Positions 1 to 7,200 of a stretch of DNA of 7,460 bases are shown piece after piece. How positions within the stretch are numbered: the first letter of the stretch is position 1; each line of letters begins with the position of its first letter. This DNA is from Octopus sinensis (lineage: Eukaryota), in NCBI RefSeq assembly GCF_006345805.1, contig NW_021828908.1:1-7460 (forward strand), written 5' to 3'. The position numbers and the translations under genes are program-made. The notes below the pieces were generated by a model, which had not been told where the DNA came from, ran no database searches, and saw only the letters and a list, made by a program, of their open reading frames with translations.

Positions 1-2799
1 ATATGCTGTCATACGCTCAGATAGAAAAGGGAGGAGCCATGGTGGAGTTGCAATGTACATCCGAGATGACCTCACGCCCCAGGTCCTGATGTCATATTCA
101 AACTCAGTGTGTGACACTCAAATTGTACACATTAAACAACTGTATATCGTCATATGTACTACATATCGCCCACAGGATGCCCCAAATCACTCAGGCATGT
201 TTGAAGACTGCCTAAAAATTAGAAGTTCTCACCAACCTGGAACTATACAACAGTGTATTCTTCATGGGTGACTTTAACTTCCCCAATGTGAAATGGCCTG
301 GGGGGGGAGATGCTCCCAGGGATGACACACCATCAGCAGGCACAGGCAGAGTCCCTGCTCCATCTCACAAATGCCTCTTTCATGGAGCAAATAGCTGCAA
401 CAAACAAGGGCAGATAATATACTGGATCTCTATTTACAAACAATATGGATATTATCCATAATGTTAAAGTGATGCCGACAATGATCTCGGATCACAACAT
501 AATAGAGCTGTCTATGTATGGACCAAAAGCCCCCGCAGACAAACAGCCTATACGAAGCATCCACAATCTCTCCAACTTAAACTTTCATAAAGCAAATTGG
601 AAGTTGATCGAGAAAGAGATCCTTAAACAGGATTGACCTAAATGTCTCTCCACACTGGACATTAACCTGAAACACAAACACTTCATGTCCATAATACAAG
701 CCATATGTGACAAATATGTCCCAGTGTGCAGGGCCAGCACACACAAAAACAAAAACAGGATCCCTAGAGAAAGGAAGATTCTTATGACACGACGGACAAG
801 GATTGCGAACCGCCTGAGCAAGCACACCAAAAGTGGTGAGAAGTCTCGGCTCGTGAGAATGCTAATGGAAATTGAGAAAAGTCTGCATCAGTCCCATGAA
901 GGATAGAGCAGATAAAGAAGCTTAGGTAATAGAAAATATAAAGTCAAACCCTAAAGCTTTCTTTAGGTTTGCCAAAGAGACAGCCACAGTGCACCAGAGA
1001 ATAGGACTTCCCTTCCAAAAAGATGGCTCTCTCACAGGAAATCCCACGAAAATAAGTGAAATACTGAACGAACAGTTCCAAAGTGTGTTCACTACACCTC
1101 TAGGACACAGGAAAGTAAACAACCCAGAAGAATTCTTTGACACTTTACCTGCGGCCAAAGAGGCAAAAATGGAGTACATCAACATTGAAGATGATGATAT
1201 CACACTGGCCATAGATGAGATTGACACAAACTCAGCTGCTGGACCTGATGGATTTCCAGCGATCCTTCTCAAATCGTGCAAACGAGCCCTTGCAAAACTG
1301 CTGCGGCTTCTTTTTCAGAACTTTCTTGCAAGTGGTAAGCTCCCAGTCAAATTGAAAGAGGGGGTAATATGCCCTATCCATAAGGGAGGAAGCAGAGCAG
1401 ATGCTAAAAATTATAGGTCTATCTCTCTGACGTCACTCATCAGCAAAGTCATGGAATGAATAGTCCCCAAGAAACTAATCATGTTCCTTGAAGAAAATGA
1501 CTTGCTGACTGACACCCAGCATGGATTTCGACCAGGTAGAAGCTGCCTAACACAGCTCCTGCAACACTATGACCGGGTGTTAAAATAGCTACTAAATGGC
1601 TCAAATGTGGATGTGATACATCTCAACTTTGCAAAAGCCTTTGATAAAGTCGACCACGGTATGATTTGTCATAAACTGCGTGGTCTCGACATAGGCGGAA
1701 AACTTGGAGAGTGGCTGCACAACTTCCTGAAAGATAGAAGACAGGCAGTTGTGACCAATGGAGTCACCTCCAAGGAAACACAAATAACTAGCAGTGTTTC
1801 ACATGGCACTGTCTTGGGGCCACTGCTGTTCATAGTGGCCCTTTCAGACATGCCCTCAGTTGCTACGATCGCCACCCTTGCTAGCTATGCAGATGACACA
1901 AAAGTCTCCCACACAATACAAAACCCCGAAAATATTGCGCATCTGCAACAGGAGTTGGACACAATATACAGGTGGACTGAGGACAACAACATGCAGTTTA
2001 ATGCAGGTAAGTTCCTGGCCCTGCGCTACCGGCACACAAAGGTAAACGACATGCAGACTGGATACACTGGCCCGGGAAGAATTGCAATCCCTGAGTCAAA
2101 ATCAGTGCGTGACCTGCGCATTGACATGAGCAATGATGCATCTTTCCAAGTGCTTATTACTAATCTAGTGATAAAATGTAGACATCTAGCTGGATGGATT
2201 CTCCGAACTTTCAGAACAAGAGAGAAGGAGACACTGATGGTCCTATGGAAAACATTCATCCTCAGCCGCTTGGACTACTGCTCCCAACTATGGTCACCAC
2301 ACAATATAAAACTAACAACTGAACTCGAAGCAATTCAAAGAAGCTACACAAAGTAGATCGTCTCAATGCAACATATCAGCTACTGGGAAAGACTGAAAGT
2401 ATTAAACCTCTTCGTCCAAGAGCGAAGGCGAAGGCGGGGCCCCACTGCATGGTGCCAAAGATTCCAACATCACCATTAAAATACAGGACCAGATACTGCA
2501 ACAGATTGGGTTTCAGAGGACCACAGCTCTTTAACATTCTCCCTAAATGCCTGAGAGACTTGCATGGTGTGGATGTGGGTTTCTTTAAAACTAAACTGGA
2601 TCTCTTCTTGTCGGGGGTCCCAGGTGAACCTACCTCACGACAGGAGACACAGATGCGGGCAGCGGCATCGAACTTCCTTGTTGACCAAGTGCCACGTATC
2701 AGAGGTGGATTCACAAATTAGTGTAGCTCATTCAGCGGTGGGGCCCCAGCATGGCCGCGGCCTTCGGGCTGAAATATTTTAAAGGATTTTAAGGATTTA
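1..2799 (+). mobile_element. CR1-clade LINE (non-LTR retrotransposon), degraded; 5' part runs off the window, 3' UTR and tail present
   Basis: Stitched + strand frames give APE endonuclease motifs (YAVIRSDRKGRSHGGVAMYIR, TYRP, MGDFNFPNVKW, DNILDL, SDHNII), then RT motifs (AAGPDGFP, PIHKGGSRADAKNYRSISLTS, QHGFRPGRSCLTQLL, FAKAFDKVDH, GTVLGPLLF, YADD at 1886-1897). The CR1-type C-terminus follows (SRLDYCSQLWSPH, YWERLKVLNL, FKTKLDLFL). Stop at 2719-2721, short structured 3' UTR, then aaggattt(t/a) x2 at 2782-2799. Confidence 0.93.
2..2721 (+). pseudogene. Disrupted LINE ORF2 (endonuclease-reverse transcriptase)
   Basis: In-frame stops at 634-636, 923-925, 1457-1459, 1586-1588 and 2354-2356. 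Frameshifts near 215, in the G run at about 300, around 400-435, near 900 and near 2440. RT motif A reads HLNFAKAFD rather than the usual YLDFxKAFD, and SSVSHG replaces SGVPQG. The listed ORFs 53-271, 264-461, 445-636, 685-906, 989-1459, 1607-2356 and 2449-2721 are pieces of this one reading frame. Confidence 0.92.
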
Positions 2800-3202
2800 T
2801 ACATATATATATACATATATATACATATATATACATACATATATATATATATGCGTATATATACATACATATGTATACACACACACACATATATATACCT
2901 ATATATATATATCTATATATATGTGTATCTATACATATATATATATATATGGATATATATATACATACATACACATATATATATATATATATATATATGC
3001 GCATACACACACACACACACACATACACACACATACACACACATACACACATACATACATACATACATACACACATACATACATACACACATACATACAT
3101 ACATACTACATACATACATACTACATACATACACACATACATACATACATACATACATACATACATACATACATACATACATACATACATACCCTTATAT
3201 AT
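2799..3202. repeat. Compound microsatellite (TA)n/(CA)n/(TACA)n directly abutting the LINE 3' tail
   Basis: Read directly: TA runs, CA runs from about 3004, and a long (TACA)n stretch to about 3191. Confidence 0.97.
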
Positions 3203-3515
3203 AGTAATAGTTAGGTGAGTTAAGTGCTATTATCTTCAGAAGTTGTATCGTTGACAACCACTTTGAAATACGATGAGGAAGGTGCGGGGTTCTGATAGAG
3301 GCGAGGAAGATGAATAAAGGAATGTAATATCGCGAATGTTTTCGGTAAAATATTTTAACTTGTTGCACATGTTCTCCCAATAGTCAACACATCCGGACTA
3401 AGCACCATCATCACGAGCGAGCTATGAGGATCTATTTATCTCTCTCCCTGCTTCCCTACCTCCTTTTATCTTCCTCTTCCTTCGCATCTCTCTTACAATC
3501 GGTGTGTTTCTGTTT

Positions 3516-3664
3516 ACACACACACACACATATGTATATACATGTGTGTGTGTGTGTATGTGTGTGTGTGTGTGTTGTGAGCGCACGCGGGCGCGGTTTA
3601 CCCAGTATGTGTTTCTGTATAAGTTTTTCTTTGAGCGACAATCTTAGTGTGCTTACATAAATAT

Positions 3665-3713
<49 letters not shown>

Positions 3714-3850
3714 CACACACACACACACACATATATATATATGTATGTATTTTATATGTATATATACATATATATACATATGCATATATATACATATATA
3801 TACGTATGTATATATAGACACCATGCACGTACACACACTTAATATATATT
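3516..3850. repeat. Compound microsatellite (CA)n/(TG)n/(TA)n with a short unique interruption (about 3576-3655)
   Basis: Read directly. Confidence 0.93.
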
Positions 3851-3944
3851 AAAATTAATATATTCATATTTTGTTCATCTGTCTGCGCATATATTAGTTT
3901 GTTGACCTACCCACGTACACCCGTATCTGTCTGTGTATCCCTCC

Positions 3945-4016
3945 ACCCATCCGTCCATCCTTCCTTCCATCCATCCATCCATCCGTCTATCTATCTATCT
4001 ATCTATCTATCTATCA

Positions 4017-4081
<65 letters not shown>

Positions 4082-4232
4082 CTTGTCTGTCTGTTTGTGT
4101 GTCTGTGTGTCTGTGTGTCTGTCTGTCTGTCTGTGTGTCTACCTCTCACTCTGTGTCTCTCTTGTATCTTTGGTTCCCTCTCCTTCTTTATTCGCGTCTG
4201 TGTGTGTGTGTCTGTGTGTGTGTGTGCATGTG
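3945..4232. repeat. Compound tetranucleotide microsatellite (CCAT)n-(CTAT)n-(CTGT)n-(GT)n
   Basis: CCAT units about 3945-3983, CTAT units about 3986-4080, then CTGT/GTGT units to about 4140 and (TG)n at about 4197-4226. Confidence 0.96.
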
Positions 4233-4267
4233 TTATAGCCACATGAGCTGAAACCGGTTCAATTCAA

Positions 4268-4410
4268 CATATATATATACGTGTGTGTGTGTGCGCGCGC
4301 GTGTGTGTATACACATACATACATATATATATGCGCACACATGCACATATAATTACACACACAAAGACACACAGACACAAACGCGCACACACACGTATAT
4401 ATATACATAT
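4268..4410. repeat. Alternating purine-pyrimidine microsatellite (TA)/(TG)/(CG)/(CA)
   Basis: Read directly; includes gcgcgcgcg at about 4293-4301. Confidence 0.9.
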
Positions 4411-4738
4411 CATTTCTAGTAAGAAAAAAAACAACAAAAAATAAATCAAATATCATTATTTTGAATTCTCATTTGAAACGAGGGAAACCACACAAGAATA
4501 ATCTCCTATAACATTATGACGTCAAGAACGAAGCCTAATTTCCATATTGATATTCCGGCAGTTTACCATTCCGTCACCACCCGGTCTCGCCCAAAGCACC
4601 TGCACCCTTCTTTCTTTTTCAGCCCTAATATATCCTATATCTAAACCTAAAAAAAACATGCACTGAGCCCTTTGGTCAATCCTTTCTCACTGGTGCCGTC
4701 CCACTGGAATACTCACTCTTACTCACAAGTGACAAATT

Positions 4739-4899
4739 GGCAGAATTTTTAAAGTATGGAACAAAATGCGTTATGGTATTTACGTCTGACTCTCTGCCTC
4801 CCGTGTTCAATTCCCATCGGAGTCAGCTTTGTTTTACAATCTCCTAGATTCTTAAATAAAGTTCATCATTGAATATTGACTGGTGGAGTCGTTTGACTG
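4739..4899 (+). mobile_element. Old, degenerate tRNA-derived SINE copy A
   Basis: Head ggcagaat at 4739, tggtatttacgt at 4774-4785 and B-box-like gttcaattc at 4805-4813. The last two motifs recur with identical spacing at 4917 and 4948. It resembles an abundant octopus SINE as recalled, not verified. Confidence 0.55.
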
Positions 4900-4904
4900 T
4901 GAGA

Positions 4905-5070
4905 GGAAACTTCTTTTGGTATTTACGTTTCTCTACCTCCGTTCCGAGTTCAATTCTTGACGAAGTTATATTTACGATTTGATCCCCTGGAGTAGATGAA
5001 TAAGGTTGTAGTGTGTATTGCAATTTGCGGTACTTTATTTAAGCCGTCCCAGTGGCTTGTTACTTTGAAG
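4905..5070 (+). mobile_element. Old, degenerate tRNA-derived SINE copy B (boundaries approximate)
   Basis: tggtatttacgt at 4917-4928 and gttcaattc at 4948-4956 repeat copy A motifs 143 bp downstream with the same 31-nt offset. Confidence 0.5.
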
Positions 5071-5094
5071 TTTCCATGGCTTGGGCTCGCTTCT

Positions 5095-5215
5095 GCAGAC
5101 AAGTCCTCTCCTCTAATATTTTAGACCTTCGACCTATAGCAGAAGGCATTATTATTATCATTATTATTGGCAGAATCCTTAGAATGTTGAAACAAAAGCT
5201 TTGCTGAAACACACG
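5095..5215 (+). mobile_element. SINE 3' tail remnant ending in (ATT)n, followed directly by another SINE head
   Basis: (ATT)n-like tail at 5148-5168. From 5169, ggcagaatccttagaatgttgaaacaaaagc aligns with the copy A head ggcagaatttttaaagtatggaacaaaatgc at 4739. Confidence 0.4.
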
Positions 5216-5362
5216 ACTCCTCTTTAATACCTCCATTGATCCAAACAACCTTTTAAGTGTTTAACTAGAATACTATTACAGGGCAAAATATATAATTGAT
5301 AATTAACAACCTAGAGAAATAGAAATCAATACAAAGGTAACTGTGGTTGATCTAGGGCACCC

Positions 5363-5385
5363 CAACAACAACAACAGCAACAACA
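5363..5385. repeat. Short (CAA)n tract
   Basis: caacaacaacaacagcaacaac immediately 5' of the SINE head. Confidence 0.85.
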
Positions 5386-5579
5386 GTGAGGTGCAATGGC
5401 CCAGTGGTTAGGGAAGCGGACTGGCGGTCGTAAGAACGCGGTTTCGATTCCCAGACCGGGCATTGTGAGTGTTTATTGAACAAAATCATCTAAGCTCCAC
5501 GAGGCTCGGGCGGGGGTGGTAGTGAACCCCGCTGTACTCTTTCACCACAACTTTCTCTCACTCTTTCTTCCTACTTCTG
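5386..5579 (+). mobile_element. tRNA-derived SINE, 5' portion (3' end missing)
   Basis: Pol III A-box TGGCCCAGTGG at 5397-5407 and B-box-like GGTTTCGATTCCC at 5440-5452 at tRNA-like spacing. D-arm-like gccc...ggga, but a poor anticodon stem and no oligo-T terminator; a tRNA-unrelated body follows. The 3' boundary is from recalled family consensus and is approximate. Confidence 0.75.
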
Positions 5580-5852
5580 CCACAAAGCAGAGGAACCATG
5601 GTGTAACCCAATATGGTATGGTAAAGTTTCAGACCCTAGTCTAGATTGCGAATCCTCTGTACACCAGGTTGGTTCAGCTCTCCATCCGTTAAAAGCCACT
5701 GTTTACGGAATGCGGATAACAACGTAGCTTTCGCACCCGTACAACCGCCAGTCTATCGAGTGTGATGGGTGGATCTTCAAGTTGCCAGACGCATTCTTAG
5801 TAACTTAGAATTAGAGATTATTCTTTGTGGCTAATGGCGTGAGTCCTGATTA

Positions 5853-5910
5853 GAAGAAGAAGAAGAAGAAGAAGAAGAAGAAGAAGAAGAAGAAGAAGAA
5901 GAAGAAGAAG

Positions 5911-5940
<30 letters not shown>
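5853..5940. repeat. Pure (GAA)29 microsatellite
   Basis: 88 nt of uninterrupted GAA repeat. Confidence 0.99.
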
Positions 5941-5941
<1 letters not shown>

Positions 5942-6552
5942 TAGTTAATTTTTTGGCTCAAAAAGCGAAAAGCAAGGCCATGTAGGGGGACAGGGAGTTA
6001 TGTACAGGGTGGTGTTCATGTAAAGAGTTCTGGCCACTTGTGGTAAAGGGAGACTTGACCACAAGTCGGCATCTTCACTATCTCGTCCGGCAGCTTATTC
6101 CACAGATCCGCAACCCGGACGGAGAAAGCTCCTCTCCTTCGATTGAGATGAAATCGTCGCAGATAGAGCTTTTCGGAATGACCCCGCAGCCGACGCTCTG
6201 GAGCAGGAGTGAAGAACAGCTCTTTCGAGAGAACAGCTCTTTCTTGTTGTGAGCAAGAATGAGATCACCACGGCGTCGTCGTTTTTCTAGAGAATAAAGT
6301 CGAGCGTCTTCAGCCTTTCTTCATAAGACAAATGCTTGAGACCAAGAACCATGCGGGTAGCCAGCTCCTGGACTCTTTCGAGATGCTGTATGTCTTTGAG
6401 GAGATAAGGAGAAGAGGCTTGAATCTCGTACTCCAATATGGGTCTCACCAGCGTGACAGAGTGGTAGGAATATGGCTGCTGTGAGCATTCCGAATGACCG
6501 TCGAATCAAAAACAGAACTCCGCGTGCTTTGTTGGCAGCATGGAAGCACTGA
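5941..6552 (-). mobile_element. 5'-truncated CR1-clade LINE of a second, distinct family (ORF2 C-terminus plus 3' UTR)
   Basis: Minus strand with frameshifts reads QCFHAANKARGVLFLIRRSF..IFLPL / TLVRPILEYEIQASSPYLLKDIQHLERVQELATRMVLGLKHLSYEERLKTLD / YSLEKRRRRGDLILAHN / KELFFTPAPERRLRGHSEKLYLRRFHLNRRRGAFSVRVADLWNKLPDEIV..WPELFT. These are typical CR1 C-terminal motifs (RGH, FSxRVxxxWNxLP). Stop at 6018-6016, short 3' UTR, and a taac-type tail at about 5947-5940. Confidence 0.9.
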
Positions 6553-6574
6553 AGAAGAGGAAGAAGACAACAAC

Positions 6575-6604
6575 CCCAAAGTGACTGTCCTTTCAAAAAA
6601 GGAC
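6575..6604 (+). mobile_element. Putative extreme 3' tail fragment of an (AAT)n-tailed retroposon
   Basis: 7-bp stem gtccttt (6587-6593) / aaaggac (6598-6604) with a 4-nt loop, ending exactly at the first AAT unit. Confidence 0.35.

Positions 6605-6664
<60 letters not shown>
6605..6664. repeat. (AAT)17 microsatellite with terminal GAT variants
   Basis: Pure AAT 6605-6655, then gataatgat. Confidence 0.98.
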
Positions 6665-6666
<2 letters not shown>

Positions 6667-6736
6667 GCAAATCTGTGGTATTGAGCAGAATATTTGGGCT
6701 ACAGCAAATATTCTGCTCAATACCACAGATTTGCTT
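6665..6736. repeat. Perfect 32-bp inverted repeat with an 8-nt spacer
   Basis: aagcaaatctgtggtattgagcagaatatttg (6665-6696) is the exact reverse complement of caaatattctgctcaataccacagatttgctt (6705-6736). Spacer ggctacag. The pairing extends 3 more bp past one G-T mismatch. Confidence 0.99.
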
Positions 6737-7189
6737 GTCAGTTGTTTGACCTTAAGCAGTTGACCATGTCCCTTAGTGGCTGACGATAAGTGCATCTCTC
6801 ATTACAAGGAGAAATAGTGGGGGAGCATCATAGCCGTGTGTTGAGAAGGATTCTTCGAGGTTTGGATAATTCACCTCTGAAAATATGGGTGGTTCGTTCA
6901 ACATCCTTAAACAATCCTTATTCAGGGACCTTTTGAGCAGGATGGGTTACTCGACCTGAAGAAAATTCTAACTGGGCCCCACTTGCAAGGTCATGTGCTG
7001 TTTATCTTGATATGAGATCACCATGTCACGCACATATGGTTGTGATGCATGTGCCTGGTGTACCCTTATCAGACGGGTAGTCATGATGGATATACTGGGC
7101 TTCGTATATTTTACCCCAGTGTCAAGTTGATGGCAAGAACTGCTCTCTCACTCAATAATAATAATAATAGTAATAATAATAATAATAAT
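6697..7189 (+). mobile_element. Non-coding retroposon segment with an (AAT)n 3' tail; probably the long 3' UTR of a 5'-truncated R4/Dong-type LINE or a derived non-autonomous element
   Basis: Ends ctgctctctcactc + (AAT)n at 7154-7189 and is flanked by AAT tracts on both sides. A second copy of an internal part lies at 7214-7353. No Pol III boxes or protein motifs seen. The R4/Dong assignment is inference from the known TAA-repeat targeting of Dong and from recalled octopus repeats. Confidence 0.6.
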
Positions 7190-7200
7190 GATGCCCTGTC

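Noticed and set aside
600-2400. G-to-A changes in LINE 1 (TGG to TGA/TAG, D to N, G to S) as possible deaminase hypermutation
   Set aside because: C-to-T, T-to-C, A-to-G and transversion changes also appear. Without a family consensus no strand or context bias can be shown.
577-2782. Antisense and alternative-frame ORFs over LINE 1
   Set aside because: Shadow frames of the decayed ORF2 with no independent motifs.
3195-3380. 61-aa minus-strand ORF in unique sequence
   Set aside because: TTG start, no recognisable domain, no convincing splice signals, and it ends in microsatellite.
4237-4254. agccacatgagctgaaac resembles the LINE 1 tail end (gctgaaa)
   Set aside because: Too short to distinguish from chance.
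2789-4456. Many ORFs of 60-130 aa rich in Y/I/H/T/C/V/M
   Set aside because: They are translations of TA/CA/TACA/CTAT microsatellites, which lack stop codons in some frames.
4604-4622. Polypyrimidine tract ending in ttttcag (acceptor-like)
   Set aside because: No good donor or open exon downstream.
5390-5460. Possible tRNA gene
   Set aside because: A and B boxes are present, but the anticodon and acceptor stems do not pair well, there is no terminator, and a SINE-like body follows.
5712-5722. GCGGATAACAA matches part of the lac operator
   Set aside because: Only 11 nt, with flanks unlike lacO or vector sequence; expected by chance.
6445-6795. ORFs with poly-Leu (-) and poly-Asn (+) runs
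   Set aside because: The runs are the (AAT)n tract, and the flanks are LINE and retroposon sequence read in or out of frame.
6780-6962. Hammerhead-core-like CTGACGA (6780-6786) and CTGAAGA (6956-6962)
   Set aside because: I could not build stem II closed by GAAA or stems I and III around either, so there is no ribozyme call. This also weakens the Penelope alternative.
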